From the NCBI GenBank assembly GCA_002350105.1, contig DEDT01000041.1:4408-68407 (forward strand): a stretch of 64,000 nt of DNA. The letters run 5' to 3'. The notes beneath the pieces were generated by a model that was given only the letters and a program-made list of their open reading frames with translations, did not search any database and had not been told where the DNA came from. How positions within the stretch are numbered: position 1 is the stretch's first letter; the number at the start of each line of letters is the position of its first letter. Positions 49,753 through 59,034 of this stretch are shown one piece after another. The translations under genes and the position numbers were made by a program. The DNA comes from Selenomonadaceae bacterium UBA2897. Lineage in GTDB: Bacteria; Bacillota; Negativicutes; Selenomonadales; Selenomonadaceae.

Positions 49753-49817
49753 AAAGTGGTGTCATCTTTTGCTACGCTCTCCATGCTAGCACATTGCACG
49801 GAGAAAAGCAACTCGGG

Positions 49818-50549
49818 TCAAATCGGGTGCAGCACGCTGTTGAGGAATTTTTTCGTGCGCTCGTTCTGAGGGTGCTCGAAAAGGTCTTTCGGCTTGCCCT
49901 CCTCGATGATTACGCCATCGCCCATGAAAATCACGCGGTCGGCGACCTCGCGCGCGAAGCCCATCTCGTGCGTGACGATGACCATGGTCATGCCCTGCTG
50001 GGCCAGCTGCTTCATGACGCCGAGTACCTCGCCGACCATCTCGGGGTCGAGCGCACTCGTCGGCTCATCGAACAGCATGATTTTCGGATTCATCTCGAGC
50101 GCCCGCGCAATGGCGATGCGCTGCTTCTGCCCGCCCGACAGCTGCGAAGGATAGGCGTCGCGCTTGTCGGCAAGGCCGACCATCTGCAGGAGTTCCATGC
50201 CGCGCTTCTCGGCCTCGGCTTTGGTCATTTTCTTCAGCTCGACCGGCGCCAGCGTGATATTGTCCATGACCGTATAATTGGGGAACAGATTGAACATCTG
50301 GAACACCATGCCGATCTGCTCGCGGAAACTGTCGATGTCCTTCGTATGGCGCACATCCGTACCAAAGACTTTGACCGTCCCTCCCTGCGCCTCCTCGAGA
50401 CGGTTCAGGCAACGCAGCAGCGTGCTTTTGCCCGAGCCGCTGGGACCGATGATGCAGACGACCTCGCCCTCAGCGACGTGGAACGAAATATCCTTCAGGA
50501 CCTCATTCGTGCCAAAGGACTTCACCATGTGCTCAACTTCAATTATCAT
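49818..50549 (-). CDS. Polar amino-acid ABC transporter ATP-binding protein (second copy)
   Basis: [35 protein letters not shown]. Confidence 0.9.
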   Translation of the reverse strand: MIIEVEHMVKSFGTNEVLKDISFHVAEGEVVCIIGPSGSGKSTLLRCLNRLEEAQGGTVKVFGTDVRHTKDIDSFREQIGMVFQMFNLFPNYTVMDNITLAPVELKKMTKAEAEKRGMELLQMVGLADKRDAYPSQLSGGQKQRIAIARALEMNPKIMLFDEPTSALDPEMVGEVLGVMKQLAQQGMTMVIVTHEMGFAREVADRVIFMGDGVIIEEGKPKDLFEHPQNERTKKFLNSVLHPI

Positions 50550-51198
50550 GCTGGAGCCTCCTCTCTACGACCTTCGACAGCAGCGACAAGCCGACAATGA
50601 CCACGAGATACAGCAGCGCCGCGAAGGAATACACCTCGAAGGGCATATAGGTGCGCGCGATAATGATCTGCGAGTTCATCGTGAGCTCACGTACGCTGAT
50701 GACCGAGAGGATGGAGGTATCCTTCAGCGTCGTGATGAACTGGTTGATAATCGGCGGAATCATGATTTTGATGGCCTGCGGCAGCACGACTTTCTGCAAG
50801 GTCTTGAAATAGCCAAGGCCCAGGCTGCGCGCCGCCTCGACCTGCCCGACATCCACGGCCTGGATACCGCCGCGGAAAATCTCCGCTAGATAGGCACTCG
50901 CATTGATCGTCAGCGTGACGATGGCCGCAAAGAGCGGATTGAACTTCACATGCAGCAGTGCGCCGACACCGAAGAAGAGGAACAGCGCGAAAATCATCAC
51001 CGGCACGCCGCGCACGACGTACAGATAAAGCGTGTAAAAAGCCCGCAGTGCCCTGATATGGGAAAGTCCCATGACGGCGAGTACAATGCCGAGGAAAAAC
51101 GCGCAGAAAAGGGAGGTGACCGCCATGATGAGCGTAACCTCCAAGCCTGCGAACAGACTCGGCCAGCACTCGGCCCAGACCGCAAGATATTGTTCCAT
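50539..51198 (-). CDS. Polar amino-acid ABC transporter permease (second copy)
   Basis: Start trimmed to ATG 51198 ([11 protein letters not shown]...). EAA-type loop [28 protein letters not shown]. Confidence 0.9.
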   Translation of the reverse strand: MEQYLAVWAECWPSLFAGLEVTLIMAVTSLFCAFFLGIVLAVMGLSHIRALRAFYTLYLYVVRGVPVMIFALFLFFGVGALLHVKFNPLFAAIVTLTINASAYLAEIFRGGIQAVDVGQVEAARSLGLGYFKTLQKVVLPQAIKIMIPPIINQFITTLKDTSILSVISVRELTMNSQIIIARTYMPFEVYSFAALLYLVVIVGLSLLSKVVERRLQHDN

Positions 51199-51293
51199 GA
51201 AAAAATTCCCCCAAATTAGAAACAAGGAAAGAAGCAGCCAACCTGTCTCTTTCCTTGCCTACATCCCTGGATGTGACTGAAGCGGTAAATGCG

Positions 51294-52100
51294 TTACTTC
51301 TTGGAGATATACTGACCGACAATCTTGTCGTACGTGCCGTTCTCCTTGATTTTCTTCAGACCCTCATTGAACTTCTTCAGCAGTTCCGCGTTGGCGCCCT
51401 TCTTGACGGCAAAGCCATAGGATGGCGGATCAATGACGGAGTCCACAGCGATACGCAGTTTCGCCTGCTCGCCGATCTTGATCTGATAGTTGATGACCGG
51501 ATAATCCTCCATGAGGAAGTCCGCATTGCCGTTGGCCACGGCGAGCATCATGCTCGGCGAATCATCGTAGTAGTTGATGGTCAGGCCGTATTTATCCTTG
51601 TTGTCCTCGGCGAACTTCGCACCCGTCGTGCCCTTTTTGACGGCGGCCGTCTTGCCCTTGAGGTCCTCGACCTTGTTGATGCTCGTGTTATCCTTATTCA
51701 CGACCACCGCGAGGCCGGACTGGATATAGCCATCCGAGAAATCAACTTTCTGCTTGCGCTCATCCGTGATGTTCATACCCGCAATCGCGCCATCGATCTG
51801 ATCGGAAACGAGAGCCGGAATGATGCCCGAGAAATCCATCGGCTTCAGCTCGTAATCGATGCCCTCTTCTTTGGCAATCGCGTCGAGCAATTCCACGTCG
51901 ATGCCTTTATATTTGCCATTCTCCTCCATCGAGAACGGAGCATATTTGGCGTCGCAGGCAATCACGAATTTTTTGGCCTGACCGGCAGACGAAGACGAGC
52001 TGCTGGAATCCGTCTTCTCCGCTACAGCACCACAGCCGGCGGCCACAGCCATCACGCCAACCAGAGCGACGGCCAGCAATTTTTTCCAAGGTTTCATCAT
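51294..52100 (-). CDS. Polar amino-acid ABC substrate-binding lipoprotein (second copy)
   Basis: Start trimmed to ATG 52100 behind GGGAGGGA. Lipobox VAAGCG, poly-Ser linker, SBP_bac_3-type body. Confidence 0.9.
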   Translation of the reverse strand: MMKPWKKLLAVALVGVMAVAAGCGAVAEKTDSSSSSSSAGQAKKFVIACDAKYAPFSMEENGKYKGIDVELLDAIAKEEGIDYELKPMDFSGIIPALVSDQIDGAIAGMNITDERKQKVDFSDGYIQSGLAVVVNKDNTSINKVEDLKGKTAAVKKGTTGAKFAEDNKDKYGLTINYYDDSPSMMLAVANGNADFLMEDYPVINYQIKIGEQAKLRIAVDSVIDPPSYGFAVKKGANAELLKKFNEGLKKIKENGTYDKIVGQYISKK

Positions 52101-52113
52101 CGAATATCCCTCC

Positions 52114-52161
52114 CAAAACAAAAACGGTGCCAAAGGAAGACTATCCTTCCCTCGGCACCGT
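52114..52161 (-). terminator. Terminator/attenuator hairpin abutting the SD of ABC operon 2
   Basis: Minus strand stem acggtgcc / ggcaccgt with an inner ggaagg/ccttcc-type hairpin, then TTTTTGTTTT running straight into GGGAGGG. Confidence 0.6.
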
Positions 52162-52213
52162 TGCCATCAGAACATAACGCTATGGTGAATGTTCGTCCTC
52201 TTGTTATGCATCT

Positions 52214-52242
52214 ATTCTAGTCAACAAACGTTCTAGCGTCAA
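52214..52242 (-). promoter_or_regulatory. Candidate promoter upstream of the 52114..52161 hairpin
   Basis: Minus strand reads TTGACG-17 nt-TAGAAT, just downstream of the usp stop. Confidence 0.5.
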
Positions 52243-52265
52243 TAGAACTTTCGATGTAGAAACCG

Positions 52266-52826
52266 TTATCGCCCCAGATCGCCGAGGAAATTATCCTCAT
52301 CGGCCCAGTCATCTGGCATCCCCTTGACGACCAGAACCGGGCAATGCGCCTGCGCCAGTACCTGGCTGGAAACGCTGCCCATGAGCAGGCGGCGGAACGT
52401 GCCAAAGCCACGGCTGCCCATGACGATGAGGTCACTCTCCTCTTCCTCAGCGATATCGAGCACGGTCTCGGCGGGGTCGCCCACCTCCACGCGCGTATGT
52501 GCGCGCACATGGCGCGGGATCACATGCATGAGATCCGCCAGGAACTGAAAAGCCGCAATCTTGAGCTCAGCCGGCACGTAACCGCTGAGACTGACCTGCT
52601 CAAAGGCAGCCACATTTTTATTGTAATCCACAACCATGAGCAACGTAAGCTCCGCACCCGTGGCCTCCGCGAGCTGAATCGCTTCGCCCACGGCCTTGAA
52701 TGCCGTTCCCGAGCCATCCGTCGGCACGAGGATACGATGGCATTTGACATGCCTTGCCGGCTCGCCCTGCCGCTCCTGAATCACCGCCACGACTTTGGCG
52801 GCCTGCATTTCTGCCTGTTCTGACAT
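52266..52826 (-). CDS. Universal stress protein (UspA family)
   Basis: ILVPTDGS ... DLIVMGSRGFGTFRRLLMGSVSSQVLAQAHCPVLVV is the canonical Usp ATP-binding pattern. Confidence 0.85.
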   Translation of the reverse strand: MSEQAEMQAAKVVAVIQERQGEPARHVKCHRILVPTDGSGTAFKAVGEAIQLAEATGAELTLLMVVDYNKNVAAFEQVSLSGYVPAELKIAAFQFLADLMHVIPRHVRAHTRVEVGDPAETVLDIAEEEESDLIVMGSRGFGTFRRLLMGSVSSQVLAQAHCPVLVVKGMPDDWADEDNFLGDLGR

Positions 52827-52876
52827 CTGCTCTGCCTCTTTTCTTGAAAAGCCTATGCGGGCCTCATTCCACGAAC

Positions 52877-54064
52877 TTACTCAGCCTCCGCAGCCAGCTT
52901 CTGCATCTCTGCCTCACGGCGCTGGTCAGCGACCTGACGCTGCTGGAGCTGCTGCTTGCTGCGGTAGAACTTCACGCAGAACAGCACCGCCACCACGCCG
53001 ATATAGATGAGAAATGCGCCGATCTCTTTCGAGATATCCGCCAGTCCCGCCCCACGCAGGATGATGTCCCGCGTGAAATGGAACTCCCAGGTCAGGGGAA
53101 AGACATGCGAAAGGTTCAGCACCCAGTCCGGATAAAATGCCGTCGGGCCCGTCGGGCCGCCAAAGATGAAGCCGCCCGGGATGAACAGGATCATACGCGA
53201 GGAGGCAATACCCGGATTGGCTGCCGTCCAGCCGAAGAGCAAGCTCAGCATGCCCACGGTCATCACGTAAAAGGCCTGAATGAGCAGGAATGCAGCGAGG
53301 TGCCCGGAGAAAGTCATATCCCCGAGTACCCGCAACAAGGCCATACCAACGACAAAGGACACGGCGAGACATGCACCATAGGGCAGGATGCGCAGGATGA
53401 GATCCCACGGCGTGCCCTCCAGCAGGATGCGGTCGAGCTGATGCGTGAGCCGCAGACGTGGAATCATGCCGATGGTCGCAAAGGTGAAGAACATCGAACC
53501 GAAGAAGAACAGGAAGCCCTGTACCTCCACGTTGTAGTTCGAGCCGTTCGGGTTGAAGAGGTTGCGGTCGGCGAGGCCGATGGTGCCGCGCAGGCTGTCG
53601 TTCGTACTGCCCGGATCGCCCTGTGCAGCAGCATTATCGAGCCCGACAAGCTCATTGAGTGCCACCTTGATCTCCGAGCTTTGCGCCGTGTTGGTATTAT
53701 CATAGAACACACCGATATTCGCGGCCTCGCCCGTATAGCGGCTCTTCTCGAGATCCGGCGGGAAATACACCACCGCGATGGCCTGATCGCGATAGAAAAG
53801 CGTCTGCGGATCCGTCGGCGTATTGATGACCGCCGTGACGTGCATGAACTCCGAGGCATTGATGCGGTTCGTCATCTCATGGCTGTAGGCTGAGTTATCG
53901 AGGTCGATGACGGCAACCGGTGCATCGGCAGCGATATTGCTGCTGAGCATCGTGCCGAGCACGAGCGCGATGACCGTGGCCACCATGATGCAGACTTTCT
54001 CATAGGGCATGCCCTGACCGGAGAATAGAAAGCGGATTTCATCTTTTAGCGAATTCACTGTCAT
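52877..54064 (-). CDS. ABC-2-type transporter permease (YhhJ-like)
   Basis: N-terminal TM, a large extracytoplasmic domain, then 5 C-terminal TM helices. Overlaps the HlyD gene end. The start is uncertain (alternative ATG at 54010). Confidence 0.7.
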   Translation of the reverse strand: MTVNSLKDEIRFLFSGQGMPYEKVCIMVATVIALVLGTMLSSNIAADAPVAVIDLDNSAYSHEMTNRINASEFMHVTAVINTPTDPQTLFYRDQAIAVVYFPPDLEKSRYTGEAANIGVFYDNTNTAQSSEIKVALNELVGLDNAAAQGDPGSTNDSLRGTIGLADRNLFNPNGSNYNVEVQGFLFFFGSMFFTFATIGMIPRLRLTHQLDRILLEGTPWDLILRILPYGACLAVSFVVGMALLRVLGDMTFSGHLAAFLLIQAFYVMTVGMLSLLFGWTAANPGIASSRMILFIPGGFIFGGPTGPTAFYPDWVLNLSHVFPLTWEFHFTRDIILRGAGLADISKEIGAFLIYIGVVAVLFCVKFYRSKQQLQQRQVADQRREAEMQKLAAEAE

Positions 54065-55160
54065 TCACCCCGATCGTCATGCCTGGCATCACGCCATCCT
54101 GTGGATCGATGAAGATACGCACCTGGAACCCTGTAAGATCCGCCTGTCCCTTTTCGCGGGACTGCTTGAGATCGGCAAAGCCCGGCGCCTTCGTCAGCAG
54201 GCGGATTGTGCCCGTGACTTTCTTTTCTCCGGCCACAGTCGTGCCCGTGATGGTGTCGCCCTCGCTGAGGCCCCTGGCCTGCTGCTCGCTGATATAGATA
54301 TCGTAGTAGGCACGGTCACTCTCCAGCAGCACCACCGGCGTCGAGGGGGCGATCATCTCGCCCTCTTTGGCGAGGACTTTCAGCACTTTGCCATCCTCCG
54401 GCGCGCGCAGCGTGAGGCGTTCCTTCTGCACCTGCAGCTGCTTGAGCTGGACTTCCAGCGCCTGCTTCTGCTGGGCAAGGGCGTCGATGTCATTGCTCAT
54501 GTTGCTTGCGGCCTGACGCTGCTGTGCAATGGTCGGCAGATTCAGGCTGTCCGTATTGCCCGTATCCTGCGCACCCACGAGCAATTTATCGAGGAGCTGC
54601 TGCTGCTGTTCCACATTGGCCTGCGCCACATTCAAGGCCATGGTTGCATCGTCGAGCTGGGACTGTGCCACCGCACCGGCGGACACGAGTGCCGCCTTGC
54701 GCTGATAGTCGATCTGGCTGTTCTTCAACGTAGCCGCAGCTGCTGAGACGGCTGCGCGCTGCTGGTCAATCTGGCGGAAGCTCTGCGTCTCATCGTTATC
54801 CGCCTTCATGTAGTTCACGACCTGCGTGCCGCCCTGCGAGCGGATCTGCGCATCGAGCTGCGCAATCTGAGCCTGCAATTTCTCTATGGCGAGATCCGTA
54901 TCGGTCGCGTCAATCTCCATGATGACATCGCCCTTTTTGACCTCATCGCCCTCTTTGACATGCACGCTCAAAAGACGGCCGCTCACGCTATCAAAGGACA
55001 TCTTGACCTGCTCGGCCGTGAGGATGCCTTCCTTTTTCTCCATGCCCAATGCGATGGCATCGTGCCCCTTGTACATGAGGAGCAACCCGCCGATAAAGAG
55101 CAAGGCAATAAAGACCGCCCCCACACGCAACGCTTTCTTCCTCGTATTGACCTTCTGCAT
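54039..55160 (-). CDS. HlyD-family secretion/adaptor protein
   Basis: N-terminal TM, biotinyl-lipoyl-like GDEVKKGDVIMEID, long coiled coil, C-terminal beta-barrel. Confidence 0.85.
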   Translation of the reverse strand: MQKVNTRKKALRVGAVFIALLFIGGLLLMYKGHDAIALGMEKKEGILTAEQVKMSFDSVSGRLLSVHVKEGDEVKKGDVIMEIDATDTDLAIEKLQAQIAQLDAQIRSQGGTQVVNYMKADNDETQSFRQIDQQRAAVSAAAATLKNSQIDYQRKAALVSAGAVAQSQLDDATMALNVAQANVEQQQQLLDKLLVGAQDTGNTDSLNLPTIAQQRQAASNMSNDIDALAQQKQALEVQLKQLQVQKERLTLRAPEDGKVLKVLAKEGEMIAPSTPVVLLESDRAYYDIYISEQQARGLSEGDTITGTTVAGEKKVTGTIRLLTKAPGFADLKQSREKGQADLTGFQVRIFIDPQDGVMPGMTIGVNDSEFAKR

Positions 55161-55254
55161 CGTTCTCCTTTTCCCGGACTAACCCAATCCGTACGCCTGC
55201 ACAATTGTGCCTATAAGCATTTTTGCAGGACGATTTTTCCTTCTTATATGTCAT

Positions 55255-55737
55255 TCAGCTGCCCAGCTTGTGCAACAGGCGAATTAGTTCTTTCTGCTCC
55301 GCTTCGGTCAGCTTCTCCATGAGCCGCGTGACACGCAGGTAATGCGGCGGCAGGATTTCATCCATAAAGGCAACCCCCCGCGCGGTGAGACACACGACCT
55401 TGCCCCGCCCGTCCCCGGCGGCGGGGACGACATCCACCATGCCCTCGCGCGCGAGGCGCTGCAGCATATTGCTGATGGTCGCGCGCGTCACGCCGACCTT
55501 CGCAGCCAGCTGCGAAGGCGCCACGCCCACGCGGTTCTGATGCAGCACGATAAGGGCACAGAAGCGCCCCTCTGACAGATGATATTCCCGCTGTAATACA
55601 TCGAGAATCTCCTGCTGCACATCCTCACCGGCCTGTTTGATGCCCAGCATCGCGATGACCGCCGCCGGATTGATCTCCGGCACTAATTTTTTATGACGTT
55701 CCAATTCTTCCCAGGTCGGGATCATTTCCCGTTTCAA
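55255..55737 (-). CDS. MarR-family transcriptional regulator
   Basis: Winged helix LAAKVGVTRATISNMLQRLAREGMV ... DGRGKVV. TTG start behind GAGGTG. Confidence 0.9.
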   Translation of the reverse strand: MKREMIPTWEELERHKKLVPEINPAAVIAMLGIKQAGEDVQQEILDVLQREYHLSEGRFCALIVLHQNRVGVAPSQLAAKVGVTRATISNMLQRLAREGMVDVVPAAGDGRGKVVCLTARGVAFMDEILPPHYLRVTRLMEKLTEAEQKELIRLLHKLGS

Positions 55738-55754
55738 ATTCTCACCTCGCTATA

Positions 55755-55772
55755 TAGTTAGCTTGCTAACTA
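55755..55772. promoter_or_regulatory. Candidate MarR operator: palindrome TAGTTAGC-tt-GCTAACTA
   Basis: Perfect 8-bp arms between the predicted -10 and the marR SD. Confidence 0.55.
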
Positions 55773-55783
55773 ATTACTTGCTT

Positions 55784-55812
55784 ATTATAGGAGGATTCCT
55801 CGCCATCGTCAA
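55784..55812 (-). promoter_or_regulatory. Candidate promoter of the marR-hlyD-ABC-2 operon
   Basis: Minus strand reads TTGACG-17 nt-TATAAT. Confidence 0.55.
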
Positions 55813-55819
55813 GCATAAC

Positions 55820-55853
55820 AACAAAAAAATCCTGTTCCCCAAAGGAACAGGAT
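55820..55853 (-). terminator. Rho-independent terminator closing the exported-protein operon
   Basis: Perfect 10-bp stem atcctgttcc / ggaacaggat followed by T7 on the minus strand. Confidence 0.85.
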
Positions 55854-55879
55854 GAAAGATATTCAATCCGAAAGAAAAA

Positions 55880-56857
55880 TCAGCGTACAAATACGACGCT
55901 CGTGTTATCGAGGAAGTGCGTAGCACCGTTCTCGATGAGCACGCGGTTCGCATCTGCCGTGCTCAGCACCGGATTGCCATTGTGGTTGTCCAGCGAAACA
56001 GCCTTGACCACCAGCGGGTTGCTGCCAGCACGGGCAGCCTGGCCCATATCCGACGTGTAGGATGCCATGCCCTGCTTGACGATCAGGTCATAATTGAGGT
56101 TCTTGTACCCATAGATGGGGTTGCCCTCAGCGTTCTTGATGACCGGGCTCATGACCGGACGCAGGCCGAGGCCGCGGCAGTCAACGATGAGGCCCGTGTA
56201 GTTGCCAACCGCCTGGCCAACGGGAGCCGGAGCAGCCGAGCTGGCAGGAACGGATGGGGCAGCAGGCGTAGCGGCCGACTGCTGCGGAGCAGCCGGAGTC
56301 TGAGACTGCTGCGGGGTCGGGGTATTGACCTTTACCTCAACATTAACCGACGTCGAGGGAGCTGGTGCCGGAGCTACCGAAGCAACGGGCTGCGGGAACG
56401 GCTCCTTTACCGTCGGCTGCGGCAGAACGGCTTTCGCGATAGACGAAGTCACGCCGAACATCGGCACCTCCATCGTGACCGTGTAAGCGCCATCCTTGTC
56501 AAAGGACTCGCTGACGACGCGAGCGCCCTTAATCGTAGCAGACATATGCGCCTTCACGACATCACTCGTCGTCATGTTCATCTCGACCGTCGTATCAGAA
56601 TCGATCTGAACACCTTTTACCGTCTCAGCGAGCTGACGCCAGCCATCGACGATAGCAGCACGACGCGCCAGAATCTTGCCCTGAGCCAGATTGACGGCCT
56701 GCGGCGGCATAACGCCCATACCCACAGCGCGAACGACACCCTTCTCGTAGTCGATCTCGCCCGTGCCGTTACCCATGGCAAAGGCACTGGCTGCTGACAT
56801 GACGACCATGGCCGCAGCGACCATAGCCGTCGTCAGCAATCTCACATACTTATTCAT
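55880..56857 (-). CDS. Exported protein: LPP20/FlgP-like N-domain, Pro/Ala/Gln linker, unknown C-domain
   Basis: Start trimmed to ATG 56857 (6 nt after AAGGAGGA). Signal peptide ...SAASAFA|M. LPP20-like AQGKILARRAAIVDGWRQLAETVKGVQIDSDT. Confidence 0.7.
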   Translation of the reverse strand: MNKYVRLLTTAMVAAAMVVMSAASAFAMGNGTGEIDYEKGVVRAVGMGVMPPQAVNLAQGKILARRAAIVDGWRQLAETVKGVQIDSDTTVEMNMTTSDVVKAHMSATIKGARVVSESFDKDGAYTVTMEVPMFGVTSSIAKAVLPQPTVKEPFPQPVASVAPAPAPSTSVNVEVKVNTPTPQQSQTPAAPQQSAATPAAPSVPASSAAPAPVGQAVGNYTGLIVDCRGLGLRPVMSPVIKNAEGNPIYGYKNLNYDLIVKQGMASYTSDMGQAARAGSNPLVVKAVSLDNHNGNPVLSTADANRVLIENGATHFLDNTSVVFVR

Positions 56858-56903
56858 GTCCAATCCTCCTTAATCAGAACACTTCGTTGTGAAGCACAAC
56901 TTT

Positions 56904-56932
56904 ATTATAAAGACGTGTCTCATTTTTGACAA
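56904..56932 (-). promoter_or_regulatory. Candidate internal promoter in front of the last gene of the exported-protein cluster
   Basis: Minus strand reads TTGTCA-17 nt-TATAAT in the 125-nt gap. Confidence 0.45.
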
Positions 56933-56982
56933 GTCTTATGTCCTATTTTTCTAAAAAGAACAACCCGGAATCGTCTGTCCCA

Positions 56983-57843
56983 TCAGTGCTGCTGCCAATA
57001 GGCAGCCACCTTATCCGCCAAGGCCCGTGCGGAGTTCAAGCCCGCCTTGTCGAGCACGCGCTGCCCCGTCAGCCGTTTCTCCTCCAGCACGAGCTGGTAG
57101 GAGTCCCGGTACTCGCCGATGACGCGGCGCCCGTTATAAATATCCACTGCGCGCACGATAACATCTCCCTGACAGGTATGCCCGGTCGCATCATCCGTTA
57201 CCGGACGGATACTGACCTCGCCGATGATCGCCAGCGGCACATCCTGATGGTCAGTCTCAATTCTTTGTGAGAGGCTCTGACAGAAGGTTTCAAACGGCTG
57301 ACGGTTATCCATGATGGAACGGCTCAAATCTGCCTGATCGGCCATCTGAAATCCCAGACGCTCGAAAACATCCTTATAGACCGTCGCGAGCTGGGACTGA
57401 CTGCTCTGGAAATGCGCCGCATCCATCGCCATGCCATTGACGCGAATCAGGCAGTAAAAAGCCTTATCATCATGGCGCTCTGTCTGTGCCGCATTCACCT
57501 GGCCGATACGTGCTGTCAGTTTGTCCATGTCGACCGTGACTTTGCTGTAAAGGAGCAGTTTGCTCCCATCCTTTTGCTGATTGAAGACCTGGGGCTGCGC
57601 CGTGTACTGCTCATACTCCCCCATGAGCTGACGAAACAGCGGATTTTGCGGTGTTATCAGGTAGCGAAGTGCCTTGAACATCGCTTTCTTCCGTGCATTC
57701 GCGATCGCTCCCTGCTCACTGCCCTGCGAGGAAACCCCGCAAACCGTCATCGTCGTTGGGGCCGCCTGTACGGCAGCCATCGGCAGAAAGAAGAGTGAGC
57801 AGAACGCGGCTGCCAGCAGAATACGCCCCAACCCCCGTATCAT
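56983..57843 (-). CDS. Exported protein of unknown function (LPP20-like start, CsgG/TolB-N-like signature near C-terminus)
   Basis: Start trimmed to ATG 57843 (7 nt after GGAGGTG). Signal peptide ...PMAAVQA|A. GAIANARKKAMFKALRYL. VIVRAVDIYNGRRVIG. Confidence 0.65.
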   Translation of the reverse strand: MIRGLGRILLAAAFCSLFFLPMAAVQAAPTTMTVCGVSSQGSEQGAIANARKKAMFKALRYLITPQNPLFRQLMGEYEQYTAQPQVFNQQKDGSKLLLYSKVTVDMDKLTARIGQVNAAQTERHDDKAFYCLIRVNGMAMDAAHFQSSQSQLATVYKDVFERLGFQMADQADLSRSIMDNRQPFETFCQSLSQRIETDHQDVPLAIIGEVSIRPVTDDATGHTCQGDVIVRAVDIYNGRRVIGEYRDSYQLVLEEKRLTGQRVLDKAGLNSARALADKVAAYWQQH

Positions 57844-57867
57844 AAGCAACCACCTCCAGACAAGGCA

Positions 57868-59019
57868 TCAAAATGAAAAGATCATCTTGCCTCCGGCAGA
57901 TTCACCGGGTACCGCGTTTGGCAGTCTCTGCTGAATGGCATTCGAGAAATCGCCCGGCGTGCTATACCCCATAGCATCGACAAAAATCTGCAACGCTCCC
58001 GTGCTGGAGAATCCCATACGGACGATCCGGCAGGTCATCCCCTGCAAAGCCTGCACGATCGCATTTTTCTGATTGACACGATCCGTGATGTTCTGGAAGA
58101 CAAGTAACGTCTTGATATGACGTACCCCACCGCGCGTATCGCGCTGCTCTGTCAGGAGTGCCTTCTGCGAAAGGGATTCGACCGCCTTGCGTGCCGCCAG
58201 ATTCTGCGCTTTCAGAACCGCCGCATTCGCATCGTTACCCACGGCAGTAAAATAATCCGCAAAGGAATTTACCGCATTATTGTCAAGCCCCACCATGCTG
58301 AAGGAAGCCTGCACAACAGCTGAAACCCCCTGTCGCCCCGGGTTAATCTGAATGGTGGAGAACACGCCATAGAGCACGGCATGGGCATCGCCGCGCTCTT
58401 CCATAGACGAGGCGATGGCGCGAATCTGTGTGGCCGACAGTGGCTGGCCACTGCGAACCTGGTTCTGGACATAGTCGTTTAACCGGGAGCTTTCCCCTAC
58501 TGCAAAGCCGCCATCTTCCAGCCTGCTGCGTACGTAGGTAGAGACATCATCCTGACTGCCAAAGATACCCGTCTTACCTGCCAGTGCCACGAGAACACCG
58601 TGGCGGTTAGACTGATCACTCAGTGCCGAGATGCGATCCTTCAGTTTTCCCATCTCGGTCTCAATCGCGTGCGTGCTGACCTCCGCATCGATTGACAGAA
58701 TGTACATCCCGTCCTCCTGATGCTCATCAAAGACCCGGTTCAGCTTCACATAGCCGTTGGAATTCGACATGATGCGGTCGGTCAGCACGACGTTCTTGTC
58801 CACCAGCGTCGTGCCCGAAACCTGCACGCCGACCCTGGCCTCGACCAGCGTACGCTCAGCATCCTGAATCGCCTGCTCCCTAGCACGCACCGTATCACCA
58901 TCTGTGATAACCGCGCGCCCCTGCTGAATCTCCGCCTGGCAGACCGATGCCTGCCCCCAAAAACTGCACGCCGCTACCGCGACGGCTGCCAAGGCCAGTC
59001 GTATATCGGTTCTCCTCAT
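57868..59019 (-). CDS. Exported (possibly lipo-)protein, FlgT-like domain order (LPP20-like N-domain plus TolB-N/CsgG-like middle)
   Basis: SD GAGGAGAAGG. Possible lipobox AVAAC. AREQAIQDAERTLVEARVGVQVSGTT ... GMYILSIDAEV. Middle region HGVLVALAGKTG ... LEDGGFAV. Confidence 0.65.
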   Translation of the reverse strand: MRRTDIRLALAAVAVAACSFWGQASVCQAEIQQGRAVITDGDTVRAREQAIQDAERTLVEARVGVQVSGTTLVDKNVVLTDRIMSNSNGYVKLNRVFDEHQEDGMYILSIDAEVSTHAIETEMGKLKDRISALSDQSNRHGVLVALAGKTGIFGSQDDVSTYVRSRLEDGGFAVGESSRLNDYVQNQVRSGQPLSATQIRAIASSMEERGDAHAVLYGVFSTIQINPGRQGVSAVVQASFSMVGLDNNAVNSFADYFTAVGNDANAAVLKAQNLAARKAVESLSQKALLTEQRDTRGGVRHIKTLLVFQNITDRVNQKNAIVQALQGMTCRIVRMGFSSTGALQIFVDAMGYSTPGDFSNAIQQRLPNAVPGESAGGKMIFSF

Positions 59020-59034
59020 ATGACAACCTTCTCC

